Positions 8,983 to 19,440 are shown, counted from the stretch's first letter. The stretch is DNA of 32,000 nt from Desulfotalea psychrophila LSv54 (GCF_000025945.1 NC_006138.1:600001-632000), one strand, 5' to 3'. Numbers and translations are program-made. Notes: generated by a model not told the origin, from the letters alone.

Positions 8983-11115
8983 ATGACACAAAATCTCTAC
9001 ATAACAGCCACAGAAGAGCGTAGCGGCAAGTCAGTAATTGTCCTTGGTGTTATGCAAATGCTGATGAAAGAAGTCCGGAATGTTGCCTTCTTCCGTCCCA
9101 TTATTAGCGACACAGAGCCCGGCGATGACGATCCAGACATTAATTTAGTGCTCGATTATTTTGATTTGGATATTCCCTATGAGGACACCTATGGCTGTAC
9201 CCTCTCCAAGGCCTATGAGCTCATTAACTCCGGCAAAGAGGATCAGCTTCACGACCTTATTTTAAAGAAATACAAGAAACTTGAGGCTGATCACGATTTC
9301 ATTCTCTGTGAGGGCACTGATTTCAGAGGATCAGACACCTCCTTTGAGGCAGAAATCAATGCCGATATAGCAGCCAACCTCGGAGCCCCTCTTCTTCTTG
9401 TTCTCTCCGGCCGTAAAAAGATCGAAAAAGAGATAATGCAGGCAACCCAGCTCTCCATTGATACTATGCTGGAAAAAGGTAGCTCCTTTGCCGCCTGCAT
9501 AATTAATCGGGCAGCAGAAACTATCACCCCTGAAACTTTCCACAAATTACAGGCAAAAAACCGCGCCCTCTCTCGCATTCCCTTTTATGTAATGCCTGAG
9601 AATTCGAACCTTGCCAGTCCCAGCGTGATGGATGTTAAAAAGTGGTTAGATGCATCGGTCATGCACGGCTCTGAAAAGCTTGCCGGCCTGGTGGAAAACT
9701 ATGTGGTTGCCGCCATGCAAATTGGCAACTTCCTCGACCATATCAAGCCGGGAAGCTGCGTTATTACCCCAGGTGATCGCTCGGATATCATTTTGGCCAG
9801 TCTCGCCTCCAAGGCATCATCTACCTATCCGGACATTTCCGGAATTGTCCTCACCGGCGATATGAAACCTGCTGAAAGCGTTCAAAAGCTCATCGAGGGT
9901 TGGCAGGGCACCCCCACTCCCATTCTCTCCGTGGCCACCAACACCTATCAAACGATCATGCGCCTCAATGAGCTCTATAGCCATATCCAGGCAAGTGACT
10001 CACAGAGAATAGCAACCGCTCTGGGAACTTTTTCCAAGCATGTTGATACCAAAGAGCTTACCGAACATCTGATATCGAGTATACCGACCACCATCACCCC
10101 GAAGATGTTTGAATATGCCCTGATGGAAAAAGCCAGCCAGGACAAACAACGCATTGTCCTACCCGAGGGCACCTGCGAGCGCATACTTCGAGCAGCGGAT
10201 ATCTTACTGAGACGCGGCGTTGCCAATCTCACCCTGCTGGGACCCGCAGATGAGGTTAAGAGCCGCGCCGCTGCCTGTGGCATGGATACACGTTGGGTGG
10301 AAATTATTGATCCACAAAACACCAACCTTCTCGCTCCCTTCGTAGATGAATATATGAAGGCCCGAGCCCATAAGGGCATGATTGAAGATATCGCCCGGGA
10401 CAGAATGACAGACCCTACCTATTTTGGCACCATGATGGTTCATACAGGCTATGCCGACGGCATGGTCTCAGGGGCAGAGAACACCACCGCCCATACCATT
10501 CGTCCAGCCTTTGAATTTATCAAGACTAAACCCGGTATATCCACGGTCTCCTCGGTCTTCCTCATGTGCCTCAGTGACCGGGTACTCGTCTATGGTGACT
10601 GTGCCGTAAATCCAAATCCTACAGCCAAACAACTTGCCGAGATCGCCCTCAGCTCAGCCGAAACTGCCCGTCTCTTCGGCATTGAACCCCGAGTGGCCAT
10701 GCTCAGCTATTCAACGGGATCATCCGGTAAGGGCGAGGATGTCGAGAGAGTCATAGAGGCAACCAAAATTGCTCAGGCTCTGATCATTGAGCGCAAGCTC
10801 GATATAAATCTTGAGGGCCCCATCCAATACGATGCGGCTATTGATCCGGATGTTGCCCGGACCAAACTGCCTAATTCCTTAGTGGCAGGCAAGGCGACAG
10901 TCTTTACCTTCCCTGACCTCAACACAGGAAACAACACCTACAAGGCAGTACAGAGAGCTGCAGGTGCCGTTGCCATTGGCCCCATCCTGCAGGGATTGAA
11001 CAAGCCTGTAAATGATCTTTCCAGAGGATGCACCGTGGACGACATTGTTAATACGGTAGCAATTACCGCCATTCAGGCTCAAGAAGAGAAGAGACTTTTT
11101 GCCCTGAAAAAATAG
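8983..11115 (+). CDS. pta: Phosphate acetyltransferase (long form with N-terminal BioD-like/DRTGG domains)
   Basis: 710 aa. N-terminal MTQNLYITATEERSGKSVIVLGVMQ; C-terminal PTA domain RIVLPEGTCERILRAADILLRRGVANLTLLG, MVSGAENTTAHTIRPAFEFIKT, GPILQGLNKPVNDLSRGCTVDDIVNTVAITAIQAQ. Confidence 0.97.
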   Translation: MTQNLYITATEERSGKSVIVLGVMQMLMKEVRNVAFFRPIISDTEPGDDDPDINLVLDYFDLDIPYEDTYGCTLSKAYELINSGKEDQLHDLILKKYKKLEADHDFILCEGTDFRGSDTSFEAEINADIAANLGAPLLLVLSGRKKIEKEIMQATQLSIDTMLEKGSSFAACIINRAAETITPETFHKLQAKNRALSRIPFYVMPENSNLASPSVMDVKKWLDASVMHGSEKLAGLVENYVVAAMQIGNFLDHIKPGSCVITPGDRSDIILASLASKASSTYPDISGIVLTGDMKPAESVQKLIEGWQGTPTPILSVATNTYQTIMRLNELYSHIQASDSQRIATALGTFSKHVDTKELTEHLISSIPTTITPKMFEYALMEKASQDKQRIVLPEGTCERILRAADILLRRGVANLTLLGPADEVKSRAAACGMDTRWVEIIDPQNTNLLAPFVDEYMKARAHKGMIEDIARDRMTDPTYFGTMMVHTGYADGMVSGAENTTAHTIRPAFEFIKTKPGISTVSSVFLMCLSDRVLVYGDCAVNPNPTAKQLAEIALSSAETARLFGIEPRVAMLSYSTGSSGKGEDVERVIEATKIAQALIIERKLDINLEGPIQYDAAIDPDVARTKLPNSLVAGKATVFTFPDLNTGNNTYKAVQRAAGAVAIGPILQGLNKPVNDLSRGCTVDDIVNTVAITAIQAQEEKRLFALKK

Positions 11116-11315
11116 TTCCATTATTGTCCAGCCCATGGGTCGGGGCATAGAAATATGCCCCACTCCTTCGAGTTTGAAAAATCATTCCTGGCTCTTTTTT
11201 TATTAAACAGAATCTGTTTAATCACTTGAGCAATTGATGTTTTTCATGTATTTTGACACTCTTTTGAAGCACGTGACCCTATTTTTGTTCATTATTAGAT
11301 TAAGCGAGATAAAAG

Positions 11316-12533
11316 ATGAAGATTTTAATCATTAACTCTGGTAGTTCCTCCATCAAGTTCCAACTTATCGACATGAGCGACGAATCCGTTCTTGCCAGCG
11401 GACTTGTTGAGCGTATTGGTGAAACCGACACCACCGAAAAGAACATTAACTGTACCTTCCACCCCGGCACCGATAAGAAACACAAGATAGAGATCTGCCA
11501 GACCGTGGCTGATCACCGCCAAGGAATGTTGGCTGCTATTGAACTACTCGGTGACAAAGAGCAGGCTGTTATGTCTGATCTCAGCGAAATCGACGCCGTT
11601 GGACACCGCATCGTACACGGTGGAGAGACCATGTATCAGCCAGTTGTTGTTGATGAAAAGGTTATCGCAGAAATTACTGCTGCTATTCCTCTCGCGCCAC
11701 TTCATAATCCGGGTCACCTCGACGGCATCAAGGTTGCGCAGGAACTCTTCACCGAGGTTCCCCACGTAACTGTTTTCGATACCGCATTTTTCCAAACCAT
11801 CCCCCCCCACGCTCACATCTACGCTCTCCCATACGAGTTGTACACCAAGCACCGTATCCGTCGTTACGGAGCCCACGGCACCTCTCACAAGTTCGTAACC
11901 AACGAGTGTGCTAAGCTCCTTGAAAAGCCAGTTGAAGAGTGTAACCTCATCACCGTTCACCTCGGAAATGGTTCTTCCATGTCCGCCGTTGAAGGTGGCA
12001 AGGCCATTGATACCTCTATGGGTGTAACTCCTCTTGAAGGTCTTGTTATGGGAACCCGTAGTGGTGACATCGATCCTGCTATCATGGCCTTCCTTAACAG
12101 AAACCTCGGCATGAGCATTGAAGAAATTGACCACATGCTCAACAAGGAGTCTGGTCTTAAGGGTATCTGTGGCATGAACGATATGCGCGATATTCACGCA
12201 GCAGCAGACGCAGGTAACGAGCTCGCTGAGCTTGCTGTTGGTATCCAGACCTACAGAATCCGCAAATATATCGGTTCATACATGGCTGCCCTCGGTCAGG
12301 TTGACGCAATTGTTTTCACCGCCGGAATTGGCGAAAATGATGATATCGTTCGCGCTAAGAGCCTTGAGAAACTTGAAAATCTCGGCGTTATCCTTGATAA
12401 AAAGCTCAATGCCCAACGTAGCAAAGAGCCTTTTTGTATCAGCACCCCTGAGAGCAAGATTCAAGTTTGGGTTATTCCAACAAACGAAGAGCTTGCCATC
12501 GCTCGCGAAACCAAGGCAGTTGTCAACGCCTAG
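11316..12533 (+). CDS. ackA: Acetate kinase
   Basis: 405 aa. MKILIINSGSSSIKFQLIDM, VAHRIVHGG-type motif (VGHRIVHGGETM), TVFDTAFFQTIPPHAHIYALPYE, HLGNGSSMSAVEGGKAIDTSMG. Immediately downstream of pta. Confidence 0.97.
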   Translation: MKILIINSGSSSIKFQLIDMSDESVLASGLVERIGETDTTEKNINCTFHPGTDKKHKIEICQTVADHRQGMLAAIELLGDKEQAVMSDLSEIDAVGHRIVHGGETMYQPVVVDEKVIAEITAAIPLAPLHNPGHLDGIKVAQELFTEVPHVTVFDTAFFQTIPPHAHIYALPYELYTKHRIRRYGAHGTSHKFVTNECAKLLEKPVEECNLITVHLGNGSSMSAVEGGKAIDTSMGVTPLEGLVMGTRSGDIDPAIMAFLNRNLGMSIEEIDHMLNKESGLKGICGMNDMRDIHAAADAGNELAELAVGIQTYRIRKYIGSYMAALGQVDAIVFTAGIGENDDIVRAKSLEKLENLGVILDKKLNAQRSKEPFCISTPESKIQVWVIPTNEELAIARETKAVVNA

Positions 12534-12771
12534 GGATGGAAATTTGGCCCGATAGATCAGCTCAGCACCAACTGTGAGGCCGATCTTGAACTTTAGGGCC
12601 CTTTCCACGCTTCTCTTAAAAGAAGCTGGCAAGGCTAAGCACTGCTTAGTCTTGCCGTCCTCCTGTTCATCTATTTCTTCATCCCCTCTCGCAAGCCATG
12701 AGTATCCGGTTCCTTTTTGCTAAAATGGGCCCGACAGTAATCTCCTCCATCTTCATTCCTAAGGTTTTATT

Positions 12772-13656
12772 ATGTCAGACATCCTTACCCGAGTAATTTC
12801 CGAGAACGGCAAAACATTTGGCATTGCCTGTGATACAACGGCCCTTGTCAATGAAGCATGCCGCAAACATGACGTAGGCCCCCTGGCGGCAGTTGCCCTT
12901 GGACGTGCCCTTACCGGTTCAATACTGATGGGCGCCCTGCTCAAGGGCGACCAATACCTTCAGTTAAAATTTGAAGGAAATGGGCCCTTAGGTAAAATCA
13001 TCACCGAGGCATCACCTGATGGTTGGTGCAGAGGCTATATTGCCAACCCCCATGCAGAGCTCCCTCTTCTCAATGGACGCCTTGATGTTGCCGGAGGCGT
13101 TGGCCATGCGGGCCTGCTCAGCGTGACCAAGGATATTGGCATGAAACAAAAATATCAGGGCACCAGCCACCTTGTCAGCAGTGAAATTGGTGAGGATATT
13201 GCCTACTACCTGACCACCTCGGAACAGGTGCCATCGGCAGTAGGCCTTGGCATCCAACTCAATCCCAACGGCACAATCGACGCCGCAGGCGGTTTCCTGA
13301 TCCAGTCTCTGCCACCGGCAGATGAAGAATTAATTGCCAGCATGGAAGAGGTCATAGCAAACCTGCCATCTATCTCCAGTATGATCCTGGATGGGCAAAG
13401 TCCACGACAGATGCTGGACAAACTCTTCGGCGCCATCCCTCACAAGGAAACCGGCAACAGTAAGCTCAAATATCAGTGCAGCTGCAGTCGGGAGAAGATG
13501 GAAAACGCCTTGATCTCCCTGGGCGCAGCAGACCTTGCGAGCCTGCTTACGGAAAGAGGTGAGGCAGAGGTTCTCTGCGAGTTCTGCCGGCAAAACTACC
13601 ACTTCGCCGGCAAAGACCTGCAGGAGATCATTGACCGTCTAAAAAATATTCAATAA
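12772..13656 (+). CDS. hslO: Hsp33 redox-regulated molecular chaperone
   Basis: 294 aa. ARPRARATAAR-region-equivalent ALGRALTGSILMG, LKFEGNGPLGKI, and C-terminal zinc-binding CSCSREK...CEFCRQNYHF. Confidence 0.93.
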   Translation: MSDILTRVISENGKTFGIACDTTALVNEACRKHDVGPLAAVALGRALTGSILMGALLKGDQYLQLKFEGNGPLGKIITEASPDGWCRGYIANPHAELPLLNGRLDVAGGVGHAGLLSVTKDIGMKQKYQGTSHLVSSEIGEDIAYYLTTSEQVPSAVGLGIQLNPNGTIDAAGGFLIQSLPPADEELIASMEEVIANLPSISSMILDGQSPRQMLDKLFGAIPHKETGNSKLKYQCSCSREKMENALISLGAADLASLLTERGEAEVLCEFCRQNYHFAGKDLQEIIDRLKNIQ

Positions 13657-13661
13657 GTCTA

Positions 13662-13689
13662 CAATCCCGAAAACATGCTTTCGGGATTG
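13662..13689 (+). terminator. Hairpin after hslO, possible terminator
   Basis: Perfect 11-bp stem CAATCCCGAAA ... TTTCGGGATTG, but only a weak T-rich tail. Confidence 0.5.
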
Positions 13690-14012
13690 TTGTCCAGTCT
13701 ATGCCTAAGCTTTTCCATAATGGCCCCCAGCAAGAGCTCACCCGAGTGCCTCGGATTCAGGGGCGCCTACGCCAGGAAAGACCTTGAACCCCAGCAGATC
13801 TCAGCCCCAATCTATCCGCTTAACTCCTCTCACTAAATACCTTATCCATTCATTTTCTCTTGCCCAGCCTCGACTGCAGGTTATTTTCAGTTGTTTTATC
13901 ATATAGTTTGAGCATATGCTCTTTTCTCTGGCGGCGTATTAGGAGTAGGATTATATCTTGCTTCATAGGCTTTTTCTATGCATCGAGATATCTGACTTAA
14001 GGAGTCAACATT

Positions 14013-14993
14013 ATGGGTGAAATACAAAAAATTATTGGCTGTTACTTCCTCTGTGCTGCCCTGGTTTTTCTGGCAGGAACCTCTTTTGCGGCAGACAAAG
14101 AGAAATTGGTTATTTTCCACGCGGGCAGTCTGTCCGTCCCCTTCAAGGTAATGGAAAAGGCCTTTGAAAAGCAGCATCCCAATATTGATATTCTCCGCGA
14201 GGCAGGTGGCAGTACAAAGATGGCCAGGATGATCTCTGAGCTGGGCAAACCTGCAGATATCATGGCATCGGCAGATTATGTGGTTATCAATAAAAACCTC
14301 ATCCCCAAATATGCTGATATCAATATCCGTTTTGCCACAAACCAGATGGTTCTTTGCTATACGGATAAAAGTAAATATGCCGACAAGATCAACAGCTCCA
14401 ACTGGCCTGAAATACTCTTGAGATCAGATGTGGTCTGGGGTCATTCCGATCCAAATCTCGACCCCTGCGGCTATCGTAGTCTGATGGTGCTCCAGTTAGC
14501 TGAAAAACATTATAAGATCGAAAACTTGAACGAAAAACTGTTAAAAGCACGAAAAGAGGAATGGGTTCGACCAAAGTCAGTGGAGCTCATCTCTCTGCTC
14601 CAATCCGGAAATATGGACTACGCCTGGGAATACCTGTCGGTTGCTGTTCAGCATAATCTCAAATATCTGACCCTGGACAATGAGGTAAACCTCAGCGATT
14701 ACAGCTACAACGATTTTTACAAAACTGCCCAGGTCGAGGTAAGCGGTAAAAAACCTGGAGTAACAATGACAAGGACAGGAAAGGCAATAACCTACGGAAT
14801 CACCCTGGTTAAAAGTGGGGAAAACCCCGAGGCAGCAAATCTCTTTCTGCAATATCTTCTCGATCCAAACGGTGGTTTGGCTGTTCTTAAATCCATGGGC
14901 CAACCGCCCTTTATCCCTGCCAGAATATCCTCAGAAAACATGCTGAAGCGCCTCTCACCTGAGCTCCAGCCACTGGTAGAAATCAAAAATTAA
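14013..14993 (+). CDS. wtpA: Periplasmic substrate-binding protein, tungstate/molybdate WtpA/ModA-type
   Basis: 326 aa with signal peptide ending SFAADK. FHAGSLSVPF, GGSTKMARMISELGKPADIMASADYVVINKNL, WGHSDPNLDPCGYRSLMVLQLAE. Confidence 0.8.
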   Translation: MGEIQKIIGCYFLCAALVFLAGTSFAADKEKLVIFHAGSLSVPFKVMEKAFEKQHPNIDILREAGGSTKMARMISELGKPADIMASADYVVINKNLIPKYADINIRFATNQMVLCYTDKSKYADKINSSNWPEILLRSDVVWGHSDPNLDPCGYRSLMVLQLAEKHYKIENLNEKLLKARKEEWVRPKSVELISLLQSGNMDYAWEYLSVAVQHNLKYLTLDNEVNLSDYSYNDFYKTAQVEVSGKKPGVTMTRTGKAITYGITLVKSGENPEAANLFLQYLLDPNGGLAVLKSMGQPPFIPARISSENMLKRLSPELQPLVEIKN

Positions 14994-15079
14994 TGAATTA
15001 TAATCTGAGGAGTTGACCCTTCTCAGCAACTAAAAGGCCTGGGCGAAAACTATCCCCCAGGCCTTTTGAGGTTAATAGT

Positions 15080-15877
15080 GTGAATCGTGTTTTGTCGCTG
15101 AAACTCTTTACCCCTCTCTGCCTGGCTGCATCCATAATGGTGTTGCTCTTTATCATAGTGCCCCTTGCTGAGATGATTTTACAGCCAAGCATGGCTGATT
15201 TGATTGAAACAGCCCATGACGAAGAGGTCATGGCCGCAATCTACAAATCGCTCTCCTGTTCCGGCGCTGCCGCAATGATTTCCGCTATCTTTGGTACTCC
15301 CATCGCCTACCTGCTGGCCAGGTCAAATTTTTCTGGAAAAAAAATCGTTGAGACCATCATTGATCTGCCCATTATGATTCCTCATCCTGTGGTGGGAATC
15401 GCCCTCCTCAGTCTTGCCGGCAGAAATCATCCCCTGGGACGACTACTTCAGGAGATGGGCTTTAAGATCCTTGGCACAACCACCGGCATTATCACGGTAC
15501 TCACCTTTGTAGCCCTCCCCTTTTATATCAATACGGCCAAGGCAGGATTTCAATCAGTACCGAAACGCCTTGAACAGGTTGCAAGAAGTCTGGGTGCAGG
15601 ACAGGGGGCAACTTTTTTTCATATCACAGTGCCTCTTACCTGGCGGCATATGCTCACCGGATTTATCATGAGCATGGCCCGGGCAATTAGCGAATTTGGA
15701 GCCGTGGTTATTATCGCCTACCATCCGATGATTGCCCCGATACTCATGTACGAACGTTTCACAGCCTATGGTTTAAAATATTCCCAACCCGTGGCGGTAT
15801 TGCTCATAATTATCTGCCTATTTCTCTTTCTTCTCCTCCGTGTTGTCTCCTCACCCATGAGTGCAAAAGATGATTAA
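15080..15877 (+). CDS. wtpB: ABC transporter permease, tungstate/molybdate type
   Basis: 265 aa. Hydrophobic; binding-protein-dependent permease motif LARSLGAGQGATFFHITVPLTWRHMLTGFIMSMARAISEFGAVVII; adjacent to the substrate-binding protein gene. Confidence 0.85.
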   Translation: MNRVLSLKLFTPLCLAASIMVLLFIIVPLAEMILQPSMADLIETAHDEEVMAAIYKSLSCSGAAAMISAIFGTPIAYLLARSNFSGKKIVETIIDLPIMIPHPVVGIALLSLAGRNHPLGRLLQEMGFKILGTTTGIITVLTFVALPFYINTAKAGFQSVPKRLEQVARSLGAGQGATFFHITVPLTWRHMLTGFIMSMARAISEFGAVVIIAYHPMIAPILMYERFTAYGLKYSQPVAVLLIIICLFLFLLLRVVSSPMSAKDD

Positions 15878-16904
15878 AATTTCTCAGCTGACCAATAATT
15901 TTCCGGATTTTTCTGTTGGCCCTGTTGACTTAACTGTGGATACGGGGGAGTTTTTCGTTCTACTGGGGCCATCAGGTTCAGGGAAAACTGTTCTCCTTGA
16001 ATCTATTGTCGGGGTAAGACGTCCTGATGAGGGCAAGATCATCCTCAATGGAGTAGATGTGACAAAACTTGCTCCGGAAAATCGCAAGGTCGGAATTGTC
16101 TATCAGGACCAGGCCCTGTTCCCCCATCTCTCGGTACGTGAAAATATTTATTTTGGTTTACGTTATCAGCGCCAGATTGAAAAAAAAACCTTCTCTCTGG
16201 ATATGGTCATCGACACCCTGGGCCTGAGAGTTCATCTGGATAAATCCCCGCAAGCCCTCTCCGGAGGGGAGAGACAGCGAGTGGCACTGGCCAGAGCACT
16301 GGCCATACAACCACGGGTAATCTTACTTGATGAGCCCCTCTCCGCCCTTGACCCCTGCTTTCGGGGAGAGATTCAGCGACTGCTTAAAGAACTTCACTCC
16401 TCCTTGGGCACAACTTTTCTTATGGTCACCCACGATTTCAACGAAGCGTTCTACTTAGCCGATCGGGTCGGTGTTATCAGCAAGGGTACGGTTAAACAGG
16501 TGGGCACGATAAACGATGTATTCCTGCAACCTCAAAACGTTGAGGTGGGTAAGTTTGTCGGTATGAAAAATATTTTTTGCAGACGAGATGGTGAAACATC
16601 AGTGCATGTCGGTAATCTCAGTTTAACGCTCAACGCTCAGGCATCACAGAGTGCCTATGGCCTGCGTCCTGAAGATATTGAGGTGGCTGCCAAGGACTCT
16701 TTTCCTGCAGATTTTCATGTCGGCCAGGGAACTATTCAATCGGTGGTCCGGCAGGGCTTTGGTTGCGAGGTGACCATAGCCAGTGGCAGAGACCTGCTCC
16801 TCATCCATCTTGATCAAAAAAGCCTCAGAGCTCAAGAGTTGGCCATGGACTCTCCCATCCATTTTGGCTTTTCCCCAGCAAGCCTGCATCATTTTCCCAG
16901 GTGA
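15861..16904 (+). CDS. wtpC: ABC transporter ATP-binding protein, tungstate/molybdate type
   Basis: 347 aa. Walker A GPSGSGKT, signature LSGGERQRVALARALA, Walker B VILLDEPLSALD. Overlaps the permease gene by 17 bp. Confidence 0.88.
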   Translation: MQKMIKISQLTNNFPDFSVGPVDLTVDTGEFFVLLGPSGSGKTVLLESIVGVRRPDEGKIILNGVDVTKLAPENRKVGIVYQDQALFPHLSVRENIYFGLRYQRQIEKKTFSLDMVIDTLGLRVHLDKSPQALSGGERQRVALARALAIQPRVILLDEPLSALDPCFRGEIQRLLKELHSSLGTTFLMVTHDFNEAFYLADRVGVISKGTVKQVGTINDVFLQPQNVEVGKFVGMKNIFCRRDGETSVHVGNLSLTLNAQASQSAYGLRPEDIEVAAKDSFPADFHVGQGTIQSVVRQGFGCEVTIASGRDLLLIHLDQKSLRAQELAMDSPIHFGFSPASLHHFPR

Positions 16905-16915
16905 GCCCCTACATA

Positions 16916-18103
16916 TTATTTTTTTTGTGGGGAGGCAATCTGGCGCAGAAACAACCAGGCCATGGGAGGCAATATCAGGGCAAAGGCATAGAAGAGGAGG
17001 AAAAATGTCTGCTCCACCCCGACCCTATCGGCAAGTCTGCCCACCAATGGCCCTGTACAGATAAAGCCAAGGCGAAAGACAAGCGACTGCAAAGAGAGGA
17101 TACCGGCACGATTGGCCGAGGGAATTTCCCGCTGAGCGTGATTAAGCAGCATAGGCCCACGCAAGCCTCGCATGGTGGTGAGTAGATAGTAGAAGAGAAA
17201 TTCCCAAACTCCACCAACCAGCCCAAGACCCAGATAGCCGGCAAGAATCAAGAGGATGAAGAGGAGTACCATCCATCTATCCCCTATCTGCAAATGAGTG
17301 CGGTAACTGGACAGGGCCGAAACCGCCACACTCAGATTTGCCACAGCCCAAATCGGACCAAACCAGGCAAGGGGGACACTGCCAGCCTGCATATAGGGCT
17401 GAATCAGCCAGACCGGATAGAAGGAGGCCAGCCCCAGAATCAGGTTCAAAAGAATAGTATAGCGCAATCGCCGGTTCTGCACCAAGGCATAGTGAGTCGA
17501 CTGCAGGGCCTCGGCAAAATGACTTTTCACTACCCTTTTAACCCGCGAAGGCTCAATAAGGGTGCGGGTCAACATTAGGGCCAATATCCAGACAAACACC
17601 TGAATAAGGAAGGGCAGTTGCGGAGCCGTAGCGTATAGCAGTCCGGCAAAGAGGGCTCCGCAGGCCTCACCAATTTGGCCAAAACCGTTCATCCGACCTT
17701 CATGGCGGGCATAGTACTGTACCTCTTCACCTACCTTCAGAGTTTCATACAAGAGGGCACTATCTGCACCACTGATAAAGGAGAAGGAAATCCCCAGAAT
17801 AATCTCAGCAATCAGGACCGTGACAAAGGAATCTGCCAAAGAGTAGAGGCCCCAACCGATAATGCCCAACAGGGAGGCAAGGTTCAATACGGCACGGTAA
17901 CCGATCCTGTCACTCAGATAGCCGGAGGGGTACTCCATTACTACCATGGCAAGGGAACAGCCCCCCTGCAGGAGCATAATATTGGCAAGACTCAAACCAA
18001 TATGGTCCTTCCAAAAGAGGGTGATAATAGCCATGGGAAAGAGGCTCATCTTCAGAAAGGAGAAGAGATAAAGCTTCTTTATATTGGAGTTGTCAGTGTT
18101 CAT
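16916..18103 (-). CDS. Major facilitator superfamily transporter
   Basis: 395 aa with about 12 hydrophobic segments; MEYPSGYLSDRIGYRAVLNLA loop motif after TM2. Confidence 0.85.
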   Translation of the reverse strand: MNTDNSNIKKLYLFSFLKMSLFPMAIITLFWKDHIGLSLANIMLLQGGCSLAMVVMEYPSGYLSDRIGYRAVLNLASLLGIIGWGLYSLADSFVTVLIAEIILGISFSFISGADSALLYETLKVGEEVQYYARHEGRMNGFGQIGEACGALFAGLLYATAPQLPFLIQVFVWILALMLTRTLIEPSRVKRVVKSHFAEALQSTHYALVQNRRLRYTILLNLILGLASFYPVWLIQPYMQAGSVPLAWFGPIWAVANLSVAVSALSSYRTHLQIGDRWMVLLFILLILAGYLGLGLVGGVWEFLFYYLLTTMRGLRGPMLLNHAQREIPSANRAGILSLQSLVFRLGFICTGPLVGRLADRVGVEQTFFLLFYAFALILPPMAWLFLRQIASPQKK

Positions 18104-18244
18104 CGGCCAATATCAGAAGGAGCAAGGTCTGTTGGCAGACCCTTCTCCCCCCTGCAAAAAAATGTTTATTTTGATGTAAGTCTGGTATGTTAGGATAATA
18201 TTAACACGATATACATATTCTATGTCAATATTTTACGAGGTATT

Positions 18245-19072
18245 ATGAAAAAAGCAGCAAAGGTTGAAATTATTATCATCGGCAATGAAATACTGACCGG
18301 TGATATCTTAGATACCAATACAAATTGGTTATGTGCAATGGTGCATGGACGTGGTGGAGTTGTTACTCGGGTAACTATTGTCCCAGACATACTTGAGGTC
18401 GTGGCAGAGGCAGTTCGTGAGGCCGTATCACGCAAGGTTGATATTATCTTCACCTCCGGCGGATTAGGCCCAACCTCAGACGATTTAACCCTGCAGGCCG
18501 TCGCCATGGGAACAGATCGTCAAGTCGTTTTACACGAGGAGGCCCTTGAGCAGGTAAGACAACAGTATGACCACTTCTTCGCCCAGGGCATTATGGCAGA
18601 GGGAGGTTTAAACCCCGCCCGGCAAAAGATGGCCTGTCTGCCCCAAGGGGGGGAGCCGCTGTTAAATCATGTCGGCACAGCTCCCGGAGTGTCTCTTCTG
18701 ATAGAGCAAACGACTATTATAAGCGTTCCCGGCGTCCCTTCTGAGCTCAAGGATATTATTGAACACTCTCTGCAACAATTTCTCGATGAAACTTTTGCCG
18801 GAGGAGAGGCAATATCACGATGCCTTGCCGTGAAGTGCAACGATGAATCTCTTTTAGAACCGGTACTGATTCAGATAGTAAAAAAATATCCTGAAATTTA
18901 TACCAAATCTTTAGCTACCACAATCGGCGAGAATCCTGAGATGGATATCTTTATGACTCTTTCCGGCATCGGTGAAAAAAAGCCCCTCCTGGAAAAGGCC
19001 TTTGCAGAACTTTGCCAGGGGATTGTCGGTCTTGGTTTTGCAATTAGGAATAAATCAGAGACGCAGAGCTGA
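18245..19072 (+). CDS. CinA-like molybdopterin-binding domain protein (no C-terminal amidohydrolase domain)
   Basis: 275 aa. VEIIIIGNEILTGDILDTNTNWLC, VTIVPDI, DIIFTSGGLGPTSDDLT, GVPSELKDI. Confidence 0.85.
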   Translation: MKKAAKVEIIIIGNEILTGDILDTNTNWLCAMVHGRGGVVTRVTIVPDILEVVAEAVREAVSRKVDIIFTSGGLGPTSDDLTLQAVAMGTDRQVVLHEEALEQVRQQYDHFFAQGIMAEGGLNPARQKMACLPQGGEPLLNHVGTAPGVSLLIEQTTIISVPGVPSELKDIIEHSLQQFLDETFAGGEAISRCLAVKCNDESLLEPVLIQIVKKYPEIYTKSLATTIGENPEMDIFMTLSGIGEKKPLLEKAFAELCQGIVGLGFAIRNKSETQS

Positions 19073-19339
19073 GAGGCAGGCATGGTAGAGACGTCGATTC
19101 ATCGCGTCTCTGTACGATCAGCGCGCGAACGCACTGTTAGTCGCCCTTAGAAACGGGCTTGTTTTACTCTTTTTGTCAGTTATGGATGGGCCGGTATCAC
19201 TCTTCAGCTTGATAGGTTTAATCGAATAGTACATTTATCATAAGCCTAACATTAATCGTTGCCAAGAAAAGCCTCATTATAACCTTTTGATGGCCTAAAA
19301 ATGCTTTTTTTTAGTTCCCCAAAACAGTAGGTTCGCGCC

Positions 19340-19440
19340 CTGGTTACGCCTGGCTATTTTAAACATGGTTTCAGGCTCCAGGGTATCCCCAGTAGATGCA
19401 ACTCAGCCTTTGGCAGTCTCTCTATAAAGTCCTTCATCAT
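19340..19440 (-). pseudogene. 5' remnant of an adenosine deaminase gene
   Basis: Minus strand reads MMKDFIERLPKAELHL, then after an indel GDTLEPETMFKIARRNQ. Together these resemble the adenosine deaminase N-terminus (LPKAELHLHLEGTLEPE...). Preceded by AGGGGGG ribosome-binding-like sequence. No further family similarity seen downstream. Confidence 0.7.

Noticed and set aside
11544-12197. 217-aa minus-strand ORF opposite ackA
   Set aside because: Antisense shadow of acetate kinase; no plausible family.
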